Shown: positions 43,167 to 55,723 of the stretch, piece by piece
Position numbering within the stretch: the stretch's first letter is position 1
How the letters are laid out: every line of letters begins with the position of its first letter
Assembly (NCBI RefSeq): GCF_030144855.1
Contig: NC_082731.1
Coordinates: forward strand, 23,498,001-23,562,000
DNA: 64,000 bases
Direction: 5' to 3'
DNA from: Hypanus sabinus
Lineage: Eukaryota
Made by a program: the position numbers and the translations under genes
The notes under the pieces: model-generated
Told to the model about the DNA's origin: nothing
Databases searched by the model: none
Seen by the model: the letters and a program-made list of their open reading frames with translations, nothing else

Positions 43167-44040
43167 TGTCACGGTCCGGTCCATTGACCCCTCATTTCAT
43201 TTACTTTCCTTTCACAAGTGTTCTGCCTGTCCTCCATCATTAGGACACCTGATCCGCATACGAAACGGTAGCACCAAAACTGTGGCTTAATACTTCTCGG
43301 GACTGGCGCATTTCCTGAACAGTTCTGCAATGCACGTTCCGAGCTGCCCAGAATAAGTGGACTCTCCCCTGAGCAGTTCCACTGTGCACGTTCCGAGCCG
43401 CCGAGTATAGTGGACTCTATGTTGCTTCTGTGCTTGGAGTTGCTCAGTGAAGCCTGTCGTTTTAGTGTCAAGCTGAGTTTAGACGATCGCTTTCTGCTAC
43501 TTCGAGTCAAGATACGAATTCTGTCGTTTTCTGGCAGTTGAGAATTGCTAGCCCTGTGCTGCTACTTCGATCCAAGACACGACTCGTCTATCGTTGTTGA
43601 TTTCTGTCGTTTCGTTGCCAACTGACTATTGCCGTCCATTTGCCGCATCTCCGAGCTAAGATGCAAATTGTCTGTATTTGTTTGTTTCGCCGTGTCCTGT
43701 CCAAGTTCCAGTCCCTGCTCCGGGTCGAAGTCCAAGTCCAGACTCCGTGTTCGAGTCCATATCCAAGTCCAGGTTTTCTGTCCGGTTGAAAGTTCAGGTC
43801 CAGGATCTGTTTCCGGATCCAAGTCCAATCCAGGTCCCGTGTCCGAACACAACTACAAATATGAGTTCAGGCTCCCATTCCAAATCCAAGCACCGTGTCT
43901 GAGTCTGAGTCCCTGCTCCCATTCCAAGACTGTTTCCCGGCTCCGTGTCTAAGTCTAAGACCGAGTCCATGTTCCGAGTCCGTGTCCACGGCCAAGTCTG
44001 AGTCCTGGATCCGAGTCCGTCCAAGCTCTGTGTCCGAGTC
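43167..44040. repeat. LTR-like element (starts TGTCACGG) with two ~55-bp repeats and a long array of degenerate 6-bp units (GAGTCC/AAGTCC/CGTGTC)
   Basis: Repeat TGCACGTTCCGAGC..CC.AG.AT.AGTGGACTCT twice at 43.3-43.4 kb; hexamer periodicity at 43.7-44.04 kb; no closing CA terminus seen. Confidence 0.55.
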
Positions 44041-44089
44041 CATAGGTAGTAATAATAGTATATGGATTACGAAGTACCTTTTAGTTGAA

Positions 44090-45480
44090 TATTTTTTTTT
44101 TTACAATTTTCAGTTTTACAAAGACAAAACATATTGAAGAAGTACAAACAATAAAAAGGAGAAGCAGCTCCCCAGATGGAGCACAGGCAAAATAAATGAA
44201 AACACGAAAAACACAAAGGCTGCCAGACAATTTACAAGATTACATAAATAGACTTTCAAGAAAATGTTGACACAATAGTGGTGTAACGGAAACAATGTAA
44301 AATAAAATGAATAGAGGGATCTGGTTAGGCACCGGAATGATGCAATCTTTCTATTTGTATAATAGACAGCATCTCTTTGAGCCAGTGTGCAAAGGTAGGT
44401 GGAGTAGTAGTCTTCCAGGTGAGAAGGATAAGTTCTTTAGCCACCACCATTCCAAGATGCAGAGTAATCTGCATGTCCATCGGCAACTCAGGAGTCACTG
44501 CAGAACATCCAAAGATGCCGAGGTCGTCATTGCGCTGAATGTCTAGAGAACAGGCTATTGAGAGCCTATTTATGGAAACACAGAGAATCTGGTAAACCAC
44601 ATTTATCTGGTTTAATATTCGTAAATAATCCTTAACAGTAAAGTTTTGCTGGACCAGCTTATCTATTGAGACATAAGTAAAAAGCAGAAGAGCGGGAAGT
44701 GAGGAATATTTAACAACTCAGGCTTCCAGCTGTGACCATCAATGTTTTTCTTCGGACTCAGTACTCCACATTTCCAGTATGTTAGAGCCCTGGAGTTAGC
44801 TGCCAGTGAGTAATGTTTGAAAATTTGCAGATCAAGACCGCCCTTCTTAAGAGGTTTGTGAACGTGAGCCTTGGAAATCCTGTGTGATTTATTGCCCCAG
44901 ACAAAGGGCAATATGATAGTCAAGTTTCTTAAAAAGCATGCATTTAATTATATGGGCAGGTTATGAAAAAGATATTGAAACCTGGGTAGGGTCACCATTT
45001 TGATCGCATTTACCGGTCCAATCATGGATAAGGGCAGAATCCTCCAGGACTCGATATTTTTTATGAATTTATCCTAAGGATTTTGAAAAGATGAATTTGA
45101 AAAAATGCTTGGGTTCTTAGTTTAATACCCAAGTAGCTGAAACAGTCCTTCTCTACGCTAAACGGCATTTTTTTCCCCCAGGAAGTATTCAGTAAATTGA
45201 TCCACTAAGGGCATGAATTCGCTCTATTCGATGCATCTCTAATAGATTTACATTGTCACCTCTTTTTGAATTTCAATTGGATATGCTGGAAACAGATTAA
45301 CTTCCGAAACGATTTCAACATATAAATAAACAGCAGAGATGTCCAGAGAACTTTTCCAAATTGTCGGTATTACTATTCAAATATATGATGATTAACCCAT
45401 CATAATAATTTTAAAAAAATGTCCACGAGATAACGGTCTAATTGGCCATTGACATTAATATAGAATTCCAAGTATGGAAG
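44090..45480 (-). mobile_element. L1-clade fragment(s)
   Basis: LKKGGLDLQIFKHY..AANSRAL; LVVAKELILLTWK; T-rich tail at 44.09 kb. Confidence 0.75.
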
Positions 45481-46312
45481 CGATTGAATCAGAATGGAAC
45501 TTGATTTCTGGGGGAAATAAAATATATTAATTATTTCTCTGTGTTTGGCGATCGATTATGCGCATGTTTACTTACCACATGAATTCATGAGCAAATGCTG
45601 TTTCAATTCCTTCAAAGATGTACATAGTTGTTTGTTTCACGATGCAGCACACAATAAGCCATACCGGCTCCTCGTAAAGTCCAGCCCCAGAATCTACTGA
45701 CAACGCTAATTTATCCTGAAACTAATCATCGTACAATGAATTTAAAATGGCTAATCACTCCACGGAGTAGACTTTGAATTGGCAGATGATATGCGAAAGC
45801 TGGGTGAAAGCCCACGCATTCCATGGGTAGGACGCTCAGACTGCTTACTATGAAACTGAATGGAATTCCGAACTATTACTCCACGAACTGTAATAGAGTC
45901 GAATTAACCGCTACGCTATTGTGCCGCCCAAAATATAACTCGGTATTTTATTAATATATAAATATGAAATTATGTAATTGTATCAATTTTGAAAGGAAGG
46001 CAGCAGCAATGAAACTATGTACAGATACTAGAGATAAACGTTTCACTTCGTTTTCCAATGTACAGAGCCGGGAATTCGTTCAACTGAAATGCATATTACA
46101 GTGCACTGCTGGGGATCCCAGTACGAACAAGTGACTGCTCTGACGAAACTGCCGCAAAGTAGTGGAATGAAAAACGTTAGATTATCTCCTATAAGTTGGA
46201 GAAATTATGACGTTTCGTTGCAGCATATAACGACGGACGTTTCGTTCGCAGCACTTCTCCTAGTGATCTCGATTACGTACATTATATCAATCCGTTGTGT
46301 TGGATTAGAAAC

Positions 46313-49300
46313 TTTCTTTTTTTTTCTTTTTAAAAGCTTTTATTAATTTAAACAAACATAAATGAAACATGTATACAGAGTTTGAGAGTAAAAAATTAAT
46401 AGGTTAAGTATACATTCAAATAGATGATAATCCATATATAATCTTCCAAACTCATAGTAATTACCATAAAAGCGAAATAACAAAAAAAACTAACCAACAA
46501 AAATACACAGTAGCGTCAATAACTCCGTAACTCCATTCAAATAATTAAGGGTAATAAAAGTAAGGTTTTGGAAAAGTCAGTTTAGCTCATATGAAAATGT
46601 TGAATAAATGGTCTCCAAGTTTCTTCAAATTTAACTGAAGAATCAAAGACAACACTTCTAATTTTTTTATGATCAACCAAGAGATAGTTTGAGAAAACTA
46701 CTGAAATATAGTTGGAGGATTAATTTATTTCCAGTTCAATAGGATAGATCTTCTAGCCATTAATGTAACAAATGCAATCATCCGTCGAGCTGAGGGGGAT
46801 AAACAACTATTATCCACTATTGGTAAACCAAAAAGTTGCAGTAACAGGATGCGATTGCAATTTGATATTCAGAACTGTTGAAATAATGCCGAAAATATCT
46901 TTCCAATAATTTGGCAAACAAGTCCAGAATGGCATCTCTCACAGGTTGGATTAACATTAGAATAAAATCGAGCAAGTTTATCCTTGGACACGTGATCCCT
47001 ACGTACATCCTTAAATTGTATTAGGACATGTTTAGCTCAAATAGAAGAAGAATTGACTAATTGTAATTTTTTTTTTCCATTGCTCCGTGGGTATAAGTCA
47101 ATGAAGTTCTTATTTCCATTCCTTCTTAATTTATTTCCGATTTTTCTGGCTGTATTTTCATGATCATATTATAAATGTAGGCTACTAAACCCTTCTGGCA
47201 AGGATTCAGAGCTTTTTTTTTCGTAATGTCCGATGGACATAATTTCGGAAAAAGACTGTAACATATTATTCAAGAAATGTCTAACTTGAAAGTATCTAAA
47301 AAATGAGTTTTAGGTAAATTATATTTATTACATAGCAGTTCAAAGGACATAAATCTATAATCTAAAAGTAGATCACGAAATCATTTAAAACCTATTGTTT
47401 TCCATAATACAAAGTATTGATCCATAAAAGAGGGCCGAACAAAATAGATATAATAGGGCTTGATAAGATAAACTTATTCAAGCCAAAAAAATTACGAAAT
47501 TGAAACCATTTTCGCAATGTATGTTTAACTATGGAATTAGCTATTTGTTTATTGAATTTAGTTAAAGAGTAAGGAAGTGAAAATCCTAAAATGGAAAACA
47601 ATGAAAAGAGTTGTACAGATTTATATTCCAAATTTACCCATTGTGGGCAAGATGCTAAAATCGATTCTTATGTCCAAAATATTAAATATCGAATATTAAC
47701 TGCCCAATAGTAAAATGTCAGGTTTGGCAAACCAAACCACCCTCCTTCTTAGGCTTCTGTAAATCTATTTTGCTTAGTCTAGGGTTTTTATTCTGCAACA
47801 CATAAGAGGATGTTTTGGAGTCAAAAATATCAAGAAGAGATTTAGGAATAAATTGATAAATGTTTCCTATAAATATAAATATTTGGGTAATACTATCATC
47901 TTAATAGCTTTGATTGGACCAACCAGTGACAATGATAATGGGGCCACCTAGTAACAAGTTGGGTAATTTGGTCAATTAAAGGTAAAAACAAATAGCTTTA
48001 AATAAATCTTTATGTTTCTTGGTAATTTTAATACCCAATTAAGTAAAATGATCTGTGACAAATTTAAATGGTATTTTTTTTTTTAAATTGGAACTTGCAT
48101 GTGTAATGGAATTAATTCACTCTTATTAAAATTCAGTTTGTAACCAGAAAAGCTGCAAAACTTAGCAAGCAAGGACGAAATAACCGGAATAGATTACTCA
48201 GGGACGGATATGTATAGTAACAAATCATCAGCATATAATGATACATTATATGTCCTTTCCCCACGGGTAACACGTAAAATATTATGTGGTTCACAAATGG
48301 CAATGGCTAAAGGTTCCAAAGCAATATCAAATACTAAACGACATAATGGACTGCCTTGCCTTGTACTACGAAATATCTGAAAAAAAATAATATTTCATTG
48401 TTGGAAAAAACCGAAGCCAAAGGTTTATAATATATTAATTTAATCCATGATATAAATTTCGAACTGAAATTAAAATGCTGCAACGTACTAAATAAAAATG
48501 GCAATTCAACTCTATCAAACGCTTTTTCAGCTCCTAAGGAAATGGCACATTCTGGTATTTTGGATGACTGAATATAAATAACATTAATTAATTTTCTGAT
48601 GTTAAAAGATGAATAACGGTTTTTAATAAATCCCGTCTGATCTTCAGAGATAAATCGAATTAATATACTTTCTAATCTAGTGGCCAAAATTTTGCTAAAA
48701 ATCTTAGATTCCGTATTCAGCAAGAATATAGGCCAATAGGATGCACATTCAATTGGGTCTTTATCTTTTTAAGAATTAAAGAAATAGGGGCATCATAAAA
48801 ATTGTGGCAATTTACCTGCAATTAGCACCTCTTTAAACATTTTACAAAGCCAATGAAAGAGAATAGAGGAAAAGGATTTAAAAATTTCTGCAGTATAACC
48901 ATCCGGACCAAGGGCTTTACCTGAATTCATTTTAAATATAGCCTCTTTTATTTCTGTTTCCGTAATAGGTGCGTCTAGAAATACACTATCTTCTGTTGTT
49001 AATTTTGGTATATTTAATTTTCTTAAAAAATCATCATTAGTGAAGAATCCTCAACAATTTCTGATTGATATAAAGAATGATAAATTCTTGAAAGTATTTA
49101 TTTATTTCTTTATGATCAATCGTCAAAGAGCAATCTCGATTACGAATCTTAGTAATCTGTCGTTTAACCGAACCAGTTTACAATTGATTAGCCAATAATT
49201 TGCCAGATTTATCTCCATGTACGTAGAACTGGGTTCCGGATTTAATTAACTGGTTTTCTGATGTTCCATTTGAAGTTCAACTCTTTCTTTATAAAGTTCT

Positions 49301-52060
49301 TTGCTGGGGGTCACTGAACAAATCTTATCAAAAGCTTTATCAACCAACGTTAATATTTCAGATTTATTTTGTTTCATAACTCCAGCAGAGTATGCAATAA
49401 TCTGTCCACGAATAAATAAGAGTCCCATAAAGTTCCACTAGAGATCTCTGCTGTAGATTTTTTCAAAAAAAATCAATTTGTTGTTTAGTAAAATTATGGA
49501 AGTCTGAGTACCGCAATAAAATAGTGGAACCTCCAAGATTTAGCGGTAGAAGATGAATTCATTGTCTTAATAGATAGCTTCAATGGTGCGTGGTCAGAAA
49601 TGGTAATGGAATCATGTTTATAATCAATAACATCTGTAAGTAAACGATGATCAATAAAAAAGTCGTCAATTTTGAATAATTATGATAAACATGAGAAATG
49701 TATGAAAATTCTTTGTCATTGGGGTGTAAAAAACGCCAGATTTCGGAAATTCTAGAATCAAAGGAATTAATAAGACAGGGCGATTTATTCGAAAGAGCTT
49801 GAGTGGGCTTAGATCTACCTATCGAGGAGTTTATGTGACAGTTAAAATCCCCACCCATTATCAGCATGTACTGATTCAAATAAAGAAAGGATGTAAATAG
49901 ACAAATAAAAAATTCAGGACATCAGAGTTTGGAGAATAAACATTAACTATAACGCATTTTGATTATAAAGCAAACCAGTAATAAGCAAAAATCTACCTCG
50001 TGGGTCTGAAATTGGTTCATAGTATATAAATGAGGTTGAAGAATCCATAAAAATGGAACCGACTCTTACTTTGGTTTGGGAATTCGAGTAATACTGTTGG
50101 TCTTTAAAAAAACTAAAAAAACGTTGATTATCCACTTTCCTCACATGTGTCTCTTGTACAAAGACAATATTAGCTTACATTCTGAGGAATACTTTGAATA
50201 TATGTTTCCGTTTGATCGGATGATTTAAGCCATTAGCATTCCAAGAAACAAAATTAATAATTCTATCCGTATTGCCAATATTTATTAGAAATAACATATA
50301 AGGTTAATAGAAAAGATGCTCAGGAATCCGGAAGAGGGACGAAAGTTCAAGGAGGAAACGTAAGTTATGACACTGCAACCATTTTTGTAGTTTCAATTCA
50401 GCGTATGAAGTAAAACTAAGCGTGAAGCAAGGAAAACGAAAGATCCCCCTCCCTCCACCCTCAAAACCCCAGGAAAAATGCCAAAAATAGGCAAGCAGGC
50501 AATCTAATACTAAATTTACCTGCATCTCTCAAGCTCTCAGGACGGCAAACAATTATTTTTTAAAAAGTTACGAACCGAACATATTTTAAGAAAGGGTTAG
50601 TATAGCAAAGATTAAACTATAAAATTAGTATTATATATATAAAACAAAATAATTTTAAAAAGAGTGAAAAAACTATAAGGTTAAAACACATAAATGGATA
50701 ATATTGTATTAGTGTTTTAAAAGAAAGTCCTGAAACTTATTCAGACACATCGAAACGGATCTGACGTATCCAAGCACTAAGGAGAAAAGAAAATACATTT
50801 TAAAAAAGTTTTTTTTATTTAAAAAAACCTTAATATTTAAGCGTTAAAAATATAAAGAAAGTGTATATGAACTTAAAAGAAGTACCTAATGAGTTAATTT
50901 CAGAACTAACAGAATGAAAATATTTAAAAAATCGAACTCTGGATAAACCAATAAAAAAGGAACTTTACCATGTGTAAGAAATACACTGTTAGCCATCACG
51001 TTAAAAAATCATCAGATTATAAATGATCCAAATCTAGAGACTAATTACTAATTACATTACTCAACTCGTGGTAAAAAAAAAGTACTATTCTTTAAGGATT
51101 CTTTGAGCATCCGCTGGAGATTTGGACAACCGATTAGTCCCATCTTTGAGAGTCACTCTTAATTGTGCTGGAAATAACAGCGCTTGCTTGTAGCCTTTCT
51201 GATGAATTTCGGACATAGCCAATTACAAAGCCATTATTGCCCTAAAAACTTCAGGACAATAATCTTCCAGAATACGAAATTTGAAATGTTGAAAGCGGAT
51301 CATACCCTTTTTTTCCGGGTAGCCCGAATCAAACGGTCTTTTGTATGACGATAATGAATCTAGAGAATCACTTATCGTGGTTCCGTACCTGGAGGAGGTT
51401 AAAAACAAGAAATGCGATGTGCGCGGTCGATTATTGGAGGAGTATCCAGTACAGCTGTGTCGAAGACGTCCATTAAAACTTTAGAGAAAAATACAGTGAT
51501 ATCACCGTTCTCAAAATTTTCCGGAAACCCAATTATCTGGAGACTTTGTCTTCGAGAGCGGTTTTCAGGATCAGTGATATTAGATTTATAAAGATGCAGC
51601 TGTTGAGAAGTCGATGCTTGCTGTTGTGGCAGAGTTTCAATTTTAAGGTCTCTCTGGCGAGCTGCAACTTCAAGAACGAAAATTGTTGCTTGTTGTTGTT
51701 GTGAATCCACTGTAAGTGATTGAAGTTTTGCATCGACTGTCTTTAAAATTTCATCGAGCGTAAAAAGCTTTGGGGTTAATTTTTTCTCCAGATTTTCTGC
51801 TTTCTCGTCCAGAAGTTTCGCAATTGTTTCCAAAGTTAACGGTTCTGTTGTCTCTTTCGATTCCTTAGGTTCTCGTGGTTTAGACATTTTAACGAGTTGA
51901 TAATGATTCAAACAGTTGAAAAATATTTCATAAGTATGAACCCCTTTAGAATAGGTATAAACTGGTCAATTAAGGGGTGCTTGTAGGTAGAAAAAAAGTA
52001 AAAAGATTGGAGCGAAGCCTCAAACAGTTTCCTCCATAATCGCCATCTTGAGACATCCCC
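46313..52060 (-). mobile_element. Full-length L1 (decayed ORF1 and ORF2) with 11-bp target-site duplication
   Basis: 5' end GGGGATGTCTCAAGATGGCG at 52060; ORF1 51911-51223; EN/RT pieces; poly(T) on the plus strand at 46313; TSD GGATTAGAAAC at 46302-46312 and 52061-52071. Confidence 0.93.
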
Positions 52061-52284
52061 GGATTAGAAACCAATTGCCAAAATTTTGCATTTTCATTTA
52101 ATATGATTCGTGCTATCAGAAGAAACTGAAAGCAACAGAAGAATCTCAATTACCATCTCCTGCACAATGATAGTCTCAGGTGCTAACATCTTACATTACA
52201 AGACGACGCATTCAGTCTCCCTGAGTTAGTTTTGTGATAAGGGCACGGGCGTGAATCTGGGTTTAAAAAATCAGGTTGAGTGAA

Positions 52285-52670
52285 CTCGGGCTTTTCTCCT
52301 TGGAGCTACGGAGGATGAGAGGTGAACCCATAGACGTGTACAAGATGATGAGAGACGATGAACATGTGGATAGTCAGAGGTTTTATGGCGGTCATAAGAA
52401 GGCACAGGTTTAAGGTTTTTGGGAATAGGTACAGAGGAGATATCAGGGGTACGTTTTACACACAAAGGGTGGTGAGTGCGAGAAATGGGCCGCTGGCAAC
52501 GGTGGTGGAGGCGGAAACGATAGGATCTTTTAAGATTCTCTTGGACAGGTACATGGAGCTTAGAAAAATAGAGGGATATGTGTAATCCTGTAATTTCTAA
52601 GGTAGGGACATGTTCCGCACAACGTTGTGGGCCGAAGTACATGTATTGTTCTGTAGGTTTTCTATGTTTC
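52285..52670 (+). mobile_element. CR1 3' fragment
   Basis: RHRFKVFGNRYRGDIRGTFYTQRVV C-terminal CR1 RT motif and typical 3' tail. Confidence 0.85.
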
Positions 52671-53267
52671 TGGAAACGTAATATCAGCTGTAGTTCTTGA
52701 TGCCTATATACTTCCAAAGCAATAGATTATGCATTTATTGTTCGGAATTTGTAACATTTCAATGCCCGTTACTTTTCTGCCGCCGTCAAACCGCACAAAC
52801 TGATTTGCGATGTTCTTTTATTCAAAATGGCTTCTAGATTGTATGTAACACATGGCTGAATTGGAGAGTGCTTTGGAATTCGCAAACAATAAAGATAGAA
52901 TGGCAGGGCACACCCAAAGTTCGAATGGCGCAATTGCTTCCCTATATCATATGAACTTCTGATCTACAATGCAAAAATACTGAAGGCAGTGATGCTGTTT
53001 GGCTCCACGGAATATATTCTTGAGGATTCTGTTTCATCCATCAGTAGAAATGAGAGGAATCAGTAGATCCACCAGCTTCCATGGAAATGGTGGTCGGAAC
53101 CAACTGCTTCGATCCGGATATGATGTTTTCCTCCTGAACATTGTGGGTCTTGATTCTGGAACTTTTATTTTCCCTATCACAATTCAACTAAAAATCCCAT
53201 CGCATTGTGGTTTCTTACCGTTGTCTCCTTTCTCGGCAGTGGTGTATTTATATGTTACAGCTAAATG

Positions 53268-53306
53268 AGTTTTTGTATTGTTCTCTCGTTGCATAGTAGC
53301 ACTGTG
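53268..53306 (-). other. Orphan near-consensus 23-RSS with no attached V coding end
   Basis: Minus strand CACAGTG (53306-53300), 23 nt, ACAAAAACT (53276-53268). Confidence 0.85.
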
Positions 53307-53328
53307 TGTTTGCAACCAGAAACGCACT

Positions 53329-53367
53329 AGTTCTTGAACAGCGCTGCACATGCACGGCATCACAGTG
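53329..53367 (-). other. 23-RSS of the supporting V
   Basis: CACTGTG (53367-53361), 23 nt, TCAAGAACT (53337-53329), directly after YYCAMSRFT. Confidence 0.8.
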
Positions 53368-53645
53368 CTGTAAACCGACTCATTGCACAGTAATACACAG
53401 CAGCGTCGCTCAATTGCACTTTGGAGATCGTCAGTTGGCTGATTTTCTTAACAGGGTCGACAAAACCAGTAATTCGTTCTCCGGCAATATTTTTCTTTGA
53501 AACAGGAATATGGGTTCCTGTCCTGGAAGCAGCCGATACCAGTGTAAAGTGTTGCGACAATAGACGTCATATCGGCATGTTATATTAGCGGTGTCGGAAA
53601 GTGTTCTTTATAGTTCAGGACTCTCAGATGTTAGGGAAATGGATT
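53368..53645 (-). pseudogene. TRDV: Supporting TCR-delta V segment of a NAR-TCR cassette (pseudogene)
   Basis: Phase-1 acceptor, then ESISLTSESPEL*RTLSDTANITCRYDVYCRNTLHWYRLLPGQEPIFLFQR / KNIAGERITGFVDPVKKISQLTISKVQLSDAAVYYCAMS; CDR1 Cys; TAA at 53610-53608; frameshift near 53490-53499. Confidence 0.88.
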
Positions 53646-54215
53646 CTGTATGAATGTAAAAGAGGATTATTGCTGATTTACCGTAAACTGACAGAAAAAG
53701 AGTCTCAAACATGAAAAGGAACTGTTTTTCTCACGCAAACCTGTTTCTCCTGAAATGTGAGTAAACAATATTTATGCACGTTGACAATTATTATAAGAAA
53801 TTAATGCAGTGAAATTAATTCAGGGACTCTGGATAAATTGCGGATATCCTGCTATTATCAAAACATATTTCATATTTTGGACTTCTATTTGGAAGAAAGA
53901 AATGATTTCATGAAACATTTGCACAGACCCTTCAATCGTAAAACGGGCCGAACTCGTTCTTTCTCAGTTCTGCGGAGTTTATTTTAAGCGTCAGTTTAAT
54001 ATGGAATTACGATGTTCTATCCAGAATAGCTGTTTTTTACAATTTTTCCTCCATGGTTACAGCCACTTGCATTGTAACATGCAGATCACTGTAAGGCGAC
54101 TGAACGGTACAGACGGTACATATAATTTTCTAAGCACCTGAAGGCAAACGTATATTTTCAACCGGATTTTAGTACGTTTCAATCTCAATTCTTTTCCTTC
54201 TCTTTAGATGTCTTT

Positions 54216-54479
54216 NNNNNNNNNNNNNNNNNNNNNNNNNNNNNNNNNNNNNNNNNNNNNNNNNNNNNNNNNNNNNNNNNNNNNNNNNNNNNNNNNNNNN
54301 NNNNNNNNNNNNNNNNNNNNNNNNNNNNNNNNNNNNNNNNNNNNNNNNNNNNNNNNNNNNNNNNNNNNNNNNNNNNNNNNNNNNNNNNNNNNNNNNNNNN
54401 NNNNNNNNNNNNNNNNNNNNNNNNNNNNNNNNNNNNNNNNNNNNNNNNNNNNNNNNNNNNNNNNNNNNNNNNNNNNNNN
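54216..54479. other. Assembly gap inside the J-to-supporting-V intron
   Basis: 264 N. Confidence 1.
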
Positions 54480-55250
54480 CAGCGCGGTATGCTATTCTCC
54501 GCACAATTTAAGAATAAATTGGAGAACAGAAGTTTCATTATTACTTACATCTCGGTGACTCAATTATATATATACACACACACATGTATTTCTTTCCTGC
54601 TTGCGGTTTATGCTTTAAACTGCTAACAATATTTCCCACAGTCTGTCAGCGGTCGGTTGGATTCAATCTGCGAGGATTGCACCAACATTTCATCCTTACT
54701 CATAGCAGTAATTTCCCTCTGCATCTGACTCTGTTAATTCAGTTTACCACTTTGTTTTTCAACACAGTGTGTATGGATTCATTCTACAGAATCACACCAC
54801 ACCAGACAAACCATATAATTCCAGTCAACATCATTCTACAGTGAAGAGCCATGCTTCGACACAGCTCTTCAAAACCTACTGCAGTAGAAAATAAATGCAT
54901 CTCTGATATTCTGCCTATTAACCTGCCTCCTGTCAAACTTCTTCCTTTCGGGCAGGTGCACCTGATTTTTCATTAATCGTTTTTATTAATTTTGGGGTTT
55001 TGTGCGTTTTTGAGAGTGTCAAAATGTATGGTGGACAAGTAGAACTGATGCGAATATTTGAATATTACTGAAATAGCTCATCCGTAAAAGACACCCTCTG
55101 CTTACGTCCTCTCCTGCTCACTTTGTAGAAACAGGATTTGCCATTCAGACCCATTTAAATTTTAATGATTTAAAATTAATTGATCATCTACCAAATGGTA
55201 GTTAAAAGGGAGAGATATTAGACAAATTTCCGATGTCTGTGGATATTTAC

Positions 55251-55308
55251 CGGGCCTGACCGTGACCGTTGTCCCTGTTCCATCTAGTCTATCAGTCCTC
55301 CATTCATA
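55251..55308 (-). CDS. NAR-type J segment (NAR-TCR J)
   Basis: YEWRTDRLDGTGTTVTVRP+G|GTAAAT phase-1 donor; DGxG motif as in IgNAR J, not FGxG or WGxG. Confidence 0.93.
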
Positions 55309-55347
55309 CACAATGATCCTGTACTCAGTCTCCATTGGACAAAAACT
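55309..55347 (-). other. 23-RSS of the J segment
   Basis: Plus strand CACAATG (55309-55315), 23 nt, ACAAAAACT (55339-55347). Confidence 0.93.
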
Positions 55348-55695
55348 GCACTCACATGAATCTCTTAAGCAATTGTTAAAACTGGTTTCCCAAAGCTTCC
55401 AGGACCGTTATACATCACGTAGCATGCAGTAATCCGAATTTGTCAGCAACCCAATATGTTCTTTGTGAGAAAGCAAGATCTATTTTTCTTTTTTTTAAGG
55501 CACTGCAGACCGATTCCGAAAAGAAAATGAAACAGCTTACGAGTCAGTCAAACATACATATGCAATATGGAAATTATAAATAATCTGAACAGATTACTAG
55601 GTAAATATCGCCAGGTTTATAATTTTTCTATGGGATATGGAGAAACTATAGTTTAAAGATGAGTTGTTTATTTATGTATTCATTTTATCTTTTTT

Positions 55696-55723
55696 TTTTT
55701 TTGTTCAGATCTCTTACACTGTG
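55696..55723 (-). other. 3' 12-RSS of the D segment
   Basis: Minus strand CACAGTG (55723-55717), 12 nt, ACAAAAAAA (55704-55696). Confidence 0.9.

Noticed and set aside
43169-44137. Multiple overlapping ORFs
   Set aside because: Artefacts of the hexamer repeat array.
52163-52201. CACAATG-23-ACATTACAA possible RSS
   Set aside because: Nonamer is poor and the adjacent sequence encodes no J or V motif.
52215-52262. J-like plus-strand FCDKGTGVNL
   Set aside because: No upstream RSS, no FGxG/WGxG/DGxG motif, no good donor, and opposite strand to the locus.
54549-54585. ATG...|GTAAGT phase-1 mini-exon (MCVCIYIIESPR) as a leader for the supporting V
   Set aside because: Derived from a TG/TA microsatellite, lacks a hydrophobic core, and lies ~900 bp from the V.
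54763-54769. Isolated CACAGTG heptamers (also near 41943 and 58793)
   Set aside because: No nonamer at 12 or 23 nt in either orientation.
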